DNA of 40,464 nucleotides from Methanomassiliicoccales archaeon (GTDB taxonomy: Archaea; Thermoplasmatota; Thermoplasmata; Methanomassiliicoccales; UBA472), in NCBI GenBank assembly GCA_050014375.1, contig JBEKDM010000003.1, positions 1 to 40,464 on the forward strand. Reading direction: 5' to 3'. This document shows positions 19,805 through 28,848 of this stretch, piece after piece; positions within the stretch are counted from its first letter, which is position 1, and each line of letters starts with the position of its first letter. The notes under the pieces were generated by a model, which saw nothing but the letters and a program-made list of their open reading frames with translations, did not search any database and had not been told where the DNA came from. A program made the position numbers and the translations under genes.

Positions 19805-21457
19805 TCAGGCGTCCGGCCACAGCTGCGCCGATTTCTCCCTCAGTTTGTACTTCATGATCTTGCCACTGGCGGTGAGCGGGTACTCATCCACGAACGCGAC
19901 ATACTTGGGCACCTTATAGAACGAGATCTTGTTCCGGCAGAAGTCCTGGACATCGGTCTCGGTCATCATGACTCCGGGCTGCAGGATGATGAACGCGGCC
20001 GGCTGTTCTCCGTACTTCTTGCTCGGGCAACCGACCACCTGGACGTCCCTGACACCGGGCATGTGGTGGACAAAGTCCTCAACCTCCTTTGGATAGATGT
20101 TCTCCCCGCCCCGGATGATCATATCCTTGAGGCGTCCTGTCACCGAGAAATATCCGTCCTTGTCCCTCTTGCCGATGTCCCCGGAGTGCAACCAGCCTTC
20201 TTTGTCGATGGCGCGGGCCGTCTCTTCGGGATTCTTATAGTACCCCTTCATGACGTTGTATCCGCGGCAGCACAGTTCGCCGTGCTCCTCGTCCTTGCAG
20301 AACTCGCCCGTGTCCGGATTGATGACCGCCACTTCCACACCGGGCATGGCCTTTCCGACAGTGGAGCACTTTCGCTCCAACGAGGCCTCGTCATACCGGG
20401 TCTGGGTCATGCCTGGTGACGATTCTGTGAGCCCATATACATTGGTCACCTCGGTCATATGCATCTTCTCCACGCACTCGTTCATCGACTTGACCGGGCA
20501 TGGAGCGCCCGCCATTATACCGGTACGCAGCGTACTGAAGTCGAACTTGTCGAATAGTGGGTGGTCCAGGATGTTGATGAACATGGTAGGGACGCCATAC
20601 ACTCCGGTGCAGCGTTCCTTCTCGATCGCCATCATGACCGTGACCGGGTCATACTTCTCCAGTATGACCATGGTGTTGCCCCAGTTCAGGCTGGACATGA
20701 CGCCGAGCACGCAGCCAAAGCAGTGGAACAGCGGCACCGGGAGGCATATGCGGTCCTTCGGCCCGAAGTTCATGTTCGCCCCGATCCAGTAGCCGTTGTT
20801 GGCGATGTTGTAATGCGTTAGCATCACCCCTTTCGGGAAACCGGTGGTGCCGGACGTGTACTGCATGTTGACGACATCCAAGCAATTCAGCGTCGACTGA
20901 CGCTCCAGGTACTCATCACCTGACACCTGCGTTGCGAGGGCCATGACCTCCGGCATCGAGTACATGCCCCGGTGCTTCTCTGGTCCGAGGAACATCACCC
21001 GCTGCAGATGCGGAAAACGTTCGGTATGCAGCTTGTCCCTGGGCTGGGTCTTGAGCTCTGGAATGAGCTCGTACATGATGGAGACATAGTCCGTGTCCCG
21101 GTACCCGTCAATGACGAAGATGTTCTCGCAGTCCGATTGTTTCAGGACGTACTCGATCTCGGTCGACCTGTAGTTGATGTTGATGGTGAGCAGGATCGCC
21201 CCGATCTTCGCGGTGGCGAACTGCAGCGTGACCCAGTGCGGTACGTTCGTTGCCCACACCGCCACCTTGTCGCCCTTCTTGACCCCGAGGGACATAAGTC
21301 CTTTCGCCACCCGGTCGACAGTGGCACTGAACTCGCTCCACGTCTCGCGGTAGTCGCGGTCCGCGTAGACGATCGCCTCATTGTCCGGATATTTGGCCAC
21401 GGTCTCGTCCAGAAGCTGGCCTAGCGTCGCCTCCCGGGTGATCTCTTGCCTTACCAT
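19805..21457 (-). CDS. AMP-binding acyl-CoA synthetase
   Basis: QYTSGTTGFPKG, YGLTESSP, GWLHSGDIG, GRLKDMIIRGGENIYP and SGKIMK. Start at MVRQE after SD ggtggt. Confidence 0.92.
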   Translation of the reverse strand: MVRQEITREATLGQLLDETVAKYPDNEAIVYADRDYRETWSEFSATVDRVAKGLMSLGVKKGDKVAVWATNVPHWVTLQFATAKIGAILLTININYRSTEIEYVLKQSDCENIFVIDGYRDTDYVSIMYELIPELKTQPRDKLHTERFPHLQRVMFLGPEKHRGMYSMPEVMALATQVSGDEYLERQSTLNCLDVVNMQYTSGTTGFPKGVMLTHYNIANNGYWIGANMNFGPKDRICLPVPLFHCFGCVLGVMSSLNWGNTMVILEKYDPVTVMMAIEKERCTGVYGVPTMFINILDHPLFDKFDFSTLRTGIMAGAPCPVKSMNECVEKMHMTEVTNVYGLTESSPGMTQTRYDEASLERKCSTVGKAMPGVEVAVINPDTGEFCKDEEHGELCCRGYNVMKGYYKNPEETARAIDKEGWLHSGDIGKRDKDGYFSVTGRLKDMIIRGGENIYPKEVEDFVHHMPGVRDVQVVGCPSKKYGEQPAAFIILQPGVMMTETDVQDFCRNKISFYKVPKYVAFVDEYPLTASGKIMKYKLREKSAQLWPDA

Positions 21458-21467
21458 TTCGACCACC

Positions 21468-22031
21468 CTAGAACGGAGTATACACCGAGGCGTAGATCGA
21501 GGCCGGAGCATCGGTCGCCGAGCCGACATGGTGCGGCACGACCGAATTGTAATACATGGAATCCCCAGGTCCGAGAACGAACGCCCTATTTCCGTAGATC
21601 AATTCGACTTTCCCGGAGACGACGATGATGAATTCCTCACCCTCATGGGAAGAGAGCTGCTTCTCCCCGCCCCCGTTGAACTCGACATAGAACGGGTCCA
21701 TGTGCCTGTCTGTCTTCCCCTTTCCCAGCGCGAAATAATGGGCATGGTCCGGTCCCGCTCCTCTGGCTCCCGGCGTGTCCTCCTTGCGTTCGTTCGCCCT
21801 GACTATGAGCGGGTCCTCCATGAACTGGTCGTCCATGAACGTCCCCAGTCTCTGTCCGAGGGCTCGGCTGAGCTTCACCAGCACCCCGATGGCGGGGTAG
21901 GCCTTGTTGTCCTCGATGTTCTTGAGGAGCACCAGGTCTAGGCCGGCGTTCTTGGCCAGATCCTCGGGCGTGAGCCCCAGGCGTTCGCGGTACGTGCGTA
22001 TTCGGGTTCCGAGCTTCTCCGGAGAAGTCAT
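21468..22031 (-). CDS. XRE-family HTH regulator with cupin domain
   Basis: LGTRIRTYRERLGLT..DLA HTH and cupin HEGEEF..V.SG...GDSMYYNSVVPH. Start at MTSPE. Confidence 0.9.
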   Translation of the reverse strand: MTSPEKLGTRIRTYRERLGLTPEDLAKNAGLDLVLLKNIEDNKAYPAIGVLVKLSRALGQRLGTFMDDQFMEDPLIVRANERKEDTPGARGAGPDHAHYFALGKGKTDRHMDPFYVEFNGGGEKQLSSHEGEEFIIVVSGKVELIYGNRAFVLGPGDSMYYNSVVPHHVGSATDAPASIYASVYTPF

Positions 22032-22245
22032 TCTATCCCTGCAATCGAACTTGACGGACGGATGGCCATCGGTCCGGGCGACATCTGGCATCCTGGTCCT
22101 TCTGGAACGAATGCCCTGGTTTTCTATTTCAAGGTTATCCAGAGCGACCGACGTTGATTGTAAGAACTGCACTTGGCGCGGTCATCGGTTGGAAGAAAAT
22201 GAAGCGGGCAGCCGAATAACATGATTCGGCTCTGTTCTTGCCCGA

Positions 22246-23646
22246 TTACTTTATATTCTGACCTACCCAAGCTTTGGCCGCCTCGAACACTTTCTTGTTC
22301 TTCTCCACCAGCTGTGGTTTTGCGGCGAAGCTCGATGCCAGCGCTGCCACGAGGACGTCCTCCGGCAGGCCGATCAGGCCAAGCGCGCTCATGCAGCCGA
22401 GGAATGCGGTGTTTGCGGCTTTGGGTACACCGTTGTCGGTGGCGATCTTCATGGCCGGGAACGCGATGACCCGGACATCGCTTCTGACGGACGGTTTCAC
22501 CGGCAGCGATTCTTCGTAGATCAGGACGCCGTCGTGGTTCACGGTCTGTGCGAACTTTTCCATCGCCGGTTGGTTCATCGTGACCAGGACGTCGGGCTTG
22601 TCGACCGTTGGTGAACCGATCGCTTGCCCGCTCATTACGACCGAGCACGACGCGGACCCGCCACGTTGCTCAGGCCCGTAGCTCGGCAGCCACGAGACGT
22701 AACGACCGGAACTGCTTGCCGCCTCGGCGATGACCGTACCTAGGCTGAGAACGCCCTGTCCTCCGAAGCCAGAGAACTTGAAACGCTTCTCCTTGAACGA
22801 CTGGTCCGGGTAGGGGTCCTTGCCCGAGCCGGCCTCGCCCATGAGCTCCTTCAAAGTGACACGCTGGATCGGAATTGCCTTTCTTCCCGGCTCCCCGCTC
22901 CGATCCCGGAAGTTGGCCAGCGGGAAGACCTTCTCCATCTCGTTGGTGACATACTCGGCGGACTTGATCGCGTCCATCCTCCAGTTGGTGGGGCACGGTG
23001 ACAAGATCTCGACGAAAGCGTAGCCTTTACCGTCCCTCTGGATCTCCAATGCCTTACGGATCGCCTTTTTCGCCTGCATGATGCGCTTGGTGTCGGCGAC
23101 GGATATGCGTTCGATGAAAACCGGCGCCTCCAGCTGGGCGAAGACCTCGCACATCTTGAGCGGGTATCCGGTCCTGGCCACGTCCCTGCCGAACGGAGTG
23201 GTCGTTGTCTTCTGTCCCGGAAGCGTGGTCGGCGCCATCTGCCCACCGGTCATCGCAAATATGCTGTTGTTGACGCAGAATGCGGCAAAATGTTCTCCCC
23301 GGTTGGCGGCCTGGAAGGCGTTGTTGAAACCGATCGCTCCCATGTCCCCATCCCCCTGATAGGAGATCACAACACTGTCCGGGAGTACCCGGGAGACCCC
23401 GGTCGCGACGGCAGAAGCACGTCCGTGCGGTCCGGCCACGTTGCCGCAATCGAAGTAATAGAAGCAGAACGCGGCGCATCCGACCGGGCTGACGAAGACC
23501 GTCCGGTCCTCTATGCCAAGGTCATGCATCGCCTCTGCGATCAGCTTCTGGATGATCCCGTGGCCGCATCCGGCGCAGTAGGTCGTGGTCTTACTGCCAT
23601 CCTTGCGGTCGAACGTCTCATAGAACCCATGTGATCTCTTGATCAT
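22246..23646 (-). CDS. vorA: 2-oxoacid:ferredoxin oxidoreductase fused beta+gamma subunit (ketoisovalerate oxidoreductase VorA type)
   Basis: YCAGCGHG, TPP motif YQGDGD, MTGGQMAPTT and LSPCPTNW, then gamma domain GFGGQGVL and PSYGPEQRGG. Confidence 0.85.
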   Translation of the reverse strand: MIKRSHGFYETFDRKDGSKTTTYCAGCGHGIIQKLIAEAMHDLGIEDRTVFVSPVGCAAFCFYYFDCGNVAGPHGRASAVATGVSRVLPDSVVISYQGDGDMGAIGFNNAFQAANRGEHFAAFCVNNSIFAMTGGQMAPTTLPGQKTTTTPFGRDVARTGYPLKMCEVFAQLEAPVFIERISVADTKRIMQAKKAIRKALEIQRDGKGYAFVEILSPCPTNWRMDAIKSAEYVTNEMEKVFPLANFRDRSGEPGRKAIPIQRVTLKELMGEAGSGKDPYPDQSFKEKRFKFSGFGGQGVLSLGTVIAEAASSSGRYVSWLPSYGPEQRGGSASCSVVMSGQAIGSPTVDKPDVLVTMNQPAMEKFAQTVNHDGVLIYEESLPVKPSVRSDVRVIAFPAMKIATDNGVPKAANTAFLGCMSALGLIGLPEDVLVAALASSFAAKPQLVEKNKKVFEAAKAWVGQNIK

Positions 23647-24701
23647 CAGAACGCCTCCTTCATCAGGTGGTCCGCGGCCTTCAACACATCGTCCACCTGG
23701 ATCAGCACTCCGCCCATCCGGTTGCACAGGCGAACCTGTGATTGTTTCTTCCGGTCTAGGTATAGGATGACATCGTTCATGTACTGGCCATTGCTCATTT
23801 CGACGACCAGGACCTTCTTGCCGGCTGCCGCCTTGTTCAGCTGCTCCACCGGGAACGGCATCAGCGATATCGGCCGGAACAGACCGGCCTTGACTCCTGA
23901 CGCCCTCAGCTGATCGACCGCCGAGCGAGCCACCCGGGCGCTCGTCCCGTAGCCCGTGAGTATGATGTCTGCATCTTCGGTGAGATATGACTCGGTCGTT
24001 GCCTCGTGCTGCATGGCCGCGTACTTCTCCTGTAAATGACGGTTATGGATCTCCATCTTGTCCGGCTCGAGGAATATGGAGCTGATCAAGTTGCCCTTGG
24101 TGGGTAGGTCGCCCTGCACCGACCAGTCGGAGGTCTTAGGTCTATGCGCCTCGTTTTCCGGGAGCTTGAGCGACTCCATGACCTGCCCAAGTGTAGCGTC
24201 TGCCAGGATCATCGCCGGGTTGCGGTACTTGAAGGCCATCTCGAACGCCTTCATGGTCAGGTCGCACATCTCCTGGACCGATGCCGGTGCCAGCACGATG
24301 CTGTGGTAGTTGCCGTGGCCCCCGCCCTTTACCGCCTGGTTGTAGTCGCCCTGCTCCGGTCCAATGTTGCCCAATCCCGGTCCTGTCCTCATGATGTTGA
24401 CGATGAGCGCCGGCAGCTGTGCCCCGGCCAGGTAGGACATGCCCTCCTGCATCAGGCTGATTCCCGGTCCGGATGACGCGGTCATTGCCAGCTTGCCCGC
24501 GCTGGCCGCCCCATAGATCATGTTGATCGACGCCGTCTCGCATTCCGCCTGGAGGAACTCCTTTCCCATCTGCGGGAACCAGGCCGCTGCATCCTCGGCG
24601 ATTTCGCTTGCGGGTGTGATTGGATATCCGAAATACACGTCGCATCCGGCGTACAGCGCGCCTATCACCACGGCCTCGTTGCCTTTCACGAACTTCCTCA
24701 T
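23646..24701 (-). CDS. vorB: 2-oxoacid:ferredoxin oxidoreductase alpha subunit (VorB type)
   Basis: [28 protein letters not shown] and [14 protein letters not shown]. Start at MRKFV. Confidence 0.88.
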   Translation of the reverse strand: MRKFVKGNEAVVIGALYAGCDVYFGYPITPASEIAEDAAAWFPQMGKEFLQAECETASINMIYGAASAGKLAMTASSGPGISLMQEGMSYLAGAQLPALIVNIMRTGPGLGNIGPEQGDYNQAVKGGGHGNYHSIVLAPASVQEMCDLTMKAFEMAFKYRNPAMILADATLGQVMESLKLPENEAHRPKTSDWSVQGDLPTKGNLISSIFLEPDKMEIHNRHLQEKYAAMQHEATTESYLTEDADIILTGYGTSARVARSAVDQLRASGVKAGLFRPISLMPFPVEQLNKAAAGKKVLVVEMSNGQYMNDVILYLDRKKQSQVRLCNRMGGVLIQVDDVLKAADHLMKEAF

Positions 24702-24946
24702 AGCGACACCTTCTTGTCGGCCGTGTGGACCTCGACGGCGTACGGCTCGGGGCAGTTGTAGTAACAGATGAAACATCCAGTGCATCCTTCGCCGGCGTAT
24801 TCGGCCGGGATGAACCCCTTCTTGTTGATCTTGCTGGACATCTTGAGGACCTTTTTCGGGCAGGCGTTGACGCACCGGCCGCATCCCTTGCACTCGTCCT
24901 CGGTGATCACGGGACGGGGCAGTCCCGTATGCTGGGTCTCTGACAT
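24698..24946 (-). CDS. vorC: 2x[4Fe-4S] ferredoxin, oxidoreductase delta subunit (VorC type)
   Basis: [12 protein letters not shown] and [13 protein letters not shown]. Overlaps the vorB start. Confidence 0.85.
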   Translation of the reverse strand: MSETQHTGLPRPVITEDECKGCGRCVNACPKKVLKMSSKINKKGFIPAEYAGEGCTGCFICYYNCPEPYAVEVHTADKKVSL

Positions 24947-25176
24947 TGAAGCCGCAAATTGTGATGAATCATACTTAAAGCATCGCAAAATTCCGTCTTT
25001 GACGATTCCAGAAATGTTATATTGTTACTCAGAGGTCCATGAGCATTCGTGCTCAATGGTGGCTATTCAGACGAAGCTGTCCTGACCTCTCATTGATGCA
25101 GTGACCCTAATCACGAACGTCGTGCAACGGAGTCCACCATTTAACTTCCTCCAAGGATACAAGACCCGGGGATTCA

Positions 25177-25479
25177 ATGAGGTCAAGATCAGAAACGTGG
25201 GTACCAATAATCTTTTTTTTAATCGCCTCTGCTGTATTGATGCTTTTCGCATTCTGGCTGAAAGGAGCGATTTATTCAGAAATACGTGGAAAAAATAATG
25301 AGAATGAATGATACTATTTCTTATTGGTTACGGAATCGTACCTTATTTCGTATGGATCCATTCTGGTTCTTGCCACCGTTTCTGTTCTCCTTTTTCGACG
25401 AAGGATTCTTCCTCTCGTTCCACAGGTGGGTGAACCGGTCCAGGCATTCGAACAGGGCTTGATTTATTTCTCAAACTAA
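25177..25479 (+). pseudogene. Probable small 2-TM membrane protein gene interrupted by an in-frame TGA
   Basis: MRSRSETWVPIIFFLIASAVLMLFAFWLKG...NENE*YYFLLVTESYLISYGSILVLATVSVLLFRRR..., with TGA at 25309-25311 and the frame open to TAA 25477-25479. Confidence 0.4.
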
Positions 25480-25496
25480 ATCGGATAATCAAAAAC

Positions 25497-25871
25497 TCAG
25501 CCACCTATCATTTTTTTCCCTAGCTCGGTCAGCACGTAAACGCGCCACCTTTTCCGAGGAGATGAGGAGATCAATTTTGCCTCTTCCAGTATGCTGAGAT
25601 GATAGGACAGCCCCGAATCTGTCAATTCAGTGATTTCTTTCAGCAGGCAGGGACAAAGATCAATCACCAGGAGAGCGTGCAAAATCTGCAGCCGGATCGG
25701 GTCAGAAACCGCATGAAAACGTTCAGCTTCTGAAGCAAGTTCCGTCTTGTTGGGCACTTGATTCTTCAACCCATCCAACCCTCCTTGCTGGCGAAGGGCC
25801 GCTTCCATCTCATCAGGAAGGTTCATCACGTCCTTACAGCATTCTTTCTTTGATGTACTCTTAACGGCCAT
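25497..25871 (-). CDS. arsR: ArsR/SmtB-family repressor
   Basis: SDPIRLQIL, DLCPCLL (CxC metalloid site), LSYHLSILEEAKLI and an N-terminal CC pair. Start at MAVKS. Confidence 0.85.
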   Translation of the reverse strand: MAVKSTSKKECCKDVMNLPDEMEAALRQQGGLDGLKNQVPNKTELASEAERFHAVSDPIRLQILHALLVIDLCPCLLKEITELTDSGLSYHLSILEEAKLISSSPRKRWRVYVLTELGKKMIGG

Positions 25872-25881
25872 TCCGCATCCT

Positions 25882-26298
25882 CTACTCCTTGGGTAATATA
25901 AGATTGTCGATAATCCACTTATTGATTTCATTCCTGCTCTTCCTAAATGCAGTCAATCTGTCTTGCTCGGGCCCCACAACGCTTGACGGATCGTCGAAAC
26001 CATGATGTATCTGCTCTTTGCCTCCGGGGAAGAAAGGGCAAGTCTCGGCGGCATTTGAGCAGACCATGACTACATAGTCGAATTCCTGCCCCTTGAACTC
26101 AATAAGCCCTTTGGATCTTTGAACAGAGATATCAATGTCCAGCTCGGCCATGACCTCAATGGCCAGGGGATGTACCTGACTAGGCTTGGTACCGGCGCTC
26201 TTCGCGCTGAGGGCTTCTGAGTAAAGGCCATTTACCAGCCCTTCGGCCATCTGGGACCGGGCTGAGTTGTGTATGCAGATAAACAGTACAGTTCTCAT
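25882..26298 (-). CDS. arsC: Arsenate reductase, thioredoxin-coupled LMW-PTP family
   Basis: P-loop CIHNSARSQMAEG, SAGT and VC...ETCP redox pair, FDDP. SD aaggtga before ATG 26298. Confidence 0.9.
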   Translation of the reverse strand: MRTVLFICIHNSARSQMAEGLVNGLYSEALSAKSAGTKPSQVHPLAIEVMAELDIDISVQRSKGLIEFKGQEFDYVVMVCSNAAETCPFFPGGKEQIHHGFDDPSSVVGPEQDRLTAFRKSRNEINKWIIDNLILPKE

Positions 26299-26349
26299 TC
26301 GATCCTTCACCTTCGATAGATGATATGGATAACAATGGTTAGGAACTTA

Positions 26350-26399
26350 TTTATATCTACCAAATGTTTTAGTTCAATAATAATTGAAATATCATTTGG
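26350..26399. promoter_or_regulatory. Divergent ars promoter with probable ArsR operator
   Basis: TTTATAT box at 26350-26356, then nested inverted repeats CCAAATG(26360)...TTCAAT-aata-ATTGAA(26373-26388)...CATTTGG(26399) between arsC and acr3. Confidence 0.7.
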
Positions 26400-26427
26400 C
26401 CAGGTCCTGGAAAATGGTGGAAATTTA

Positions 26428-27546
26428 ATGAAAGAGACCACAGGAGAAAACAGCCCGCCGCCAGGTGGATTGAAGAAATTGTCGTTCTTGAACAGGTACC
26501 TTACCGTCTGGATATTCGCCGCCATGGGGCTGGGCGTTGGACTGGGTGTCCTTATTCCAGGCTTGGCCGATTCCCTGAACAAGTTGAGCGTCGGCACGAC
26601 CTCCATCCCGATCGCCATCGGTCTGATATTAATGATGTATCCTCCTCTGGCCAAGGTAAAGTACGAGGAACTTGGGCAGATCACAAAGCAACCCAATGCG
26701 AAAAGGATGTTCACCACTTCCTTGATGTTGAACTATGTCGTCGGTCCGCTCCTGATGTTCGCTCTGGCCTGGATATTCCTGCCCGACCAACCTCTTTACC
26801 GGATCGGTCTGATCCTGACCGGTGTAGCCAGGTGTATCGCCATGGTCCTGGTCTGGAACCAGCTAGCTGAAGGAGACTCCGAGTATGTCGCCATCCTCGT
26901 TGCTTTGAACTCGATATTCCAGATAGTGCTGTACTCGTTCTATGCTTACTTCCTGATCAGCGTACTATCAGATGTCGTATCCCCAGGTTCCGGGGTGATC
27001 GTGGACATATCCATCGTATCCGTGGCCATCAGTGTGATCATCTATCTGGGTGTACCTTTCTTCGCGGGCATCATTAGCCGATACACTCTGAGACCGAGGA
27101 TGGGTGCTGACTGGTATGATAACAAGTTCATGCCGGTGGCAGGAAAGATTTCCCTGCTTGCATTGCTCTTCACTATCGTAGTAATGTTCTCGCTAAGGGC
27201 CCAGTCAATTGTCGACACGCCTTTTGATGTGATCCGGATCGCCATCCCGCTGCTGGTCTACTTCACCATCATGTTCCTCTTATCATTCTGGCTGTCCATG
27301 AAGTTCAAGTTCGACTATCCTCACGCGGCGGCGCAATCCTTCACCGCGGCAAGCAACAACTTCGAACTGGCGATCGCCGTGGCGGTAGGCGTGTTCGGTA
27401 TCAGTTCAGCGGTGGCCTTCGCTACGGTCATCGGTCCGTTGGTGGAGGTGCCCGTGCTCATTTCACTGGTGAACCTATCGCTTTACTTCCGCCGGAAATA
27501 TTACGACAAGAACGGGTTGATTAAGGGCGTGGCTCAGGATGGCTGA
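26428..27546 (+). CDS. acr3: Acr3-family arsenite efflux pump
   Basis: KLSFLNRYLTVWI, MMYPPLAKV, GVARCIAMVLVWN, AASNNFELAIAVA and GPLVEVPVL. Confidence 0.95.
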   Translation: MKETTGENSPPPGGLKKLSFLNRYLTVWIFAAMGLGVGLGVLIPGLADSLNKLSVGTTSIPIAIGLILMMYPPLAKVKYEELGQITKQPNAKRMFTTSLMLNYVVGPLLMFALAWIFLPDQPLYRIGLILTGVARCIAMVLVWNQLAEGDSEYVAILVALNSIFQIVLYSFYAYFLISVLSDVVSPGSGVIVDISIVSVAISVIIYLGVPFFAGIISRYTLRPRMGADWYDNKFMPVAGKISLLALLFTIVVMFSLRAQSIVDTPFDVIRIAIPLLVYFTIMFLLSFWLSMKFKFDYPHAAAQSFTAASNNFELAIAVAVGVFGISSAVAFATVIGPLVEVPVLISLVNLSLYFRRKYYDKNGLIKGVAQDG

Positions 27547-27778
27547 AAGAATGGACCCGCGAACCAAGGAGTTAGTGGCCATAGCCGCTTCCGTCGCCGG
27601 GCATTGCCAGCCTTGCTTCCGCCATCATCTTTCGAAGGCGATGGAGCTGGAAATTAGTGAAGAAGACATCCGTGAAGCCGTGTCTTTGGCCGGAAGGATA
27701 AGTGGTGCTGGAGATCAGCGCATGGTTGAGTTCGTTGAAAACATCTTAAAGGAAGGAAAAAAGGAGGGAGTGAAATGA
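27539..27778 (+). CDS. AhpD/carboxymuconolactone decarboxylase (CMD)-like protein with CxxC
   Basis: KELVAIAASVAGHCQPCFRHH...EDIREAV. Overlaps the acr3 stop. Confidence 0.85.
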   Translation: MAERMDPRTKELVAIAASVAGHCQPCFRHHLSKAMELEISEEDIREAVSLAGRISGAGDQRMVEFVENILKEGKKEGVK

Positions 27779-28389
27779 CCATTGAAGAGATAGACCTATA
27801 CAAACTGAAAGCGGACGATATTGTGAAGTACCTGCCTGAGGGCGACAGCTCGAGCTGCGGAACTAAGAGCTGGACGGAGTTCGCCCAGATGCTGATCGAC
27901 AAGAAGGTCAAGGCAGTGAGCTGCGCGAAGATCGACAAGAAGATGGCCGAAGCCATCGATGCAGTGCTGAGCATCGATATCCATCTGCCGGAGAGCGATC
28001 CCATGCAGCAGAAGGTGCCAGAGAAGCTTTTCGAGTACAATTCGCCTGACGAGAACTCGCCCGTGGTTATTACTAGCAATTCCATCATCACACACCAGAT
28101 CCTGAAACTGGTTTTCGACACGGCCAAGGTCAAGGTCTTCGTCATACCAGTTGATACCAACGGCTTTACCATGGACAACTCCGCGGTGCAGGGGACCCTA
28201 ACACCGATGGCGGCGATGAAAGCTATTAATGAGAGCGGGATAGCCAACAAAACCTCCGCGAGAAGGGCGTTGATATCCGGTCTGGCCGGCGACCAGAAGA
28301 GCGGTCTAGAGCGTATCACTCGATGGAGCCTGGAGATCGGACCGGTCAGCGGCTTCGAGCTGCCGATGTACCTCTTTGCGAAAAGCTGA
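27775..28389 (+). CDS. Truncated CdhE/AcsC (CFeSP gamma)-like protein: degenerate Fe-S domain plus corrinoid-binding domain
   Basis: N-terminus DIVKYLPEGDSSSCGTKSWTEFA...SC resembles the CdhE DIYKxLPxTNCxxCGxxxCxAFA..CP domain. The remainder (PDENSPVVITSN, VDTNG, ESGI, ISGLA, WSLEIGP..ELP.YL) resembles the CdhE/HgcA corrinoid domain. ATGA overlap with the CMD gene. Confidence 0.75.
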   Translation: MTIEEIDLYKLKADDIVKYLPEGDSSSCGTKSWTEFAQMLIDKKVKAVSCAKIDKKMAEAIDAVLSIDIHLPESDPMQQKVPEKLFEYNSPDENSPVVITSNSIITHQILKLVFDTAKVKVFVIPVDTNGFTMDNSAVQGTLTPMAAMKAINESGIANKTSARRALISGLAGDQKSGLERITRWSLEIGPVSGFELPMYLFAKS

Positions 28390-28466
28390 GAAATCCTGAC
28401 AGTATAACTGGGCTGTTATAGAACTCTAGTCAGAGTGAGGAAGTTCCAATCACTTAAGGTGTTCAA

Positions 28467-28730
28467 TTGGCCCGTATCGTGAAAGTGAGGAAAGAGCAAT
28501 TAGCCCCGTGGCTGAATGGGGAGGTAGAACGCCACTGCATCCGTTGCGAATCCGTAGTAGAAAGGATGGATCACGTCTGCCCGGTCTGTCATGCCCCTCT
28601 CCGTAAGGAATGCCCTATCTGCCATTACTGGGTAGAGATGGATGTTACTTTCTGCATCTCCTGTCGGCATGGGTTCCCATTACCTCCATTACCAAAGGCG
28701 ACAATAAAGTTGTGGCATATCAAGGAATGA
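28467..28730 (+). CDS. Double zinc-ribbon protein
   Basis: Four CxxC pairs (CIRC, CPVC, CPIC, CISC). TTG start after SD aaggtg. Confidence 0.7.
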   Translation: MARIVKVRKEQLAPWLNGEVERHCIRCESVVERMDHVCPVCHAPLRKECPICHYWVEMDVTFCISCRHGFPLPPLPKATIKLWHIKE

Positions 28731-28848
28731 TTCCTAATCACCCTTTCATCTGGTCTTTATTCGTATGTATCTCTACCCTGCGAAATCTTTAGTGTATGAT
28801 AGACTAATAGAACCTAACCAAGGTCTGTGAGGTATTGGTCTGCTAAAC

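Noticed and set aside
27775-28389. hgcA (mercury methylase) call
   Set aside because: Lacks N(V/I)WCAAGK and the C-terminal TM helices, and no hgcB ferredoxin follows.
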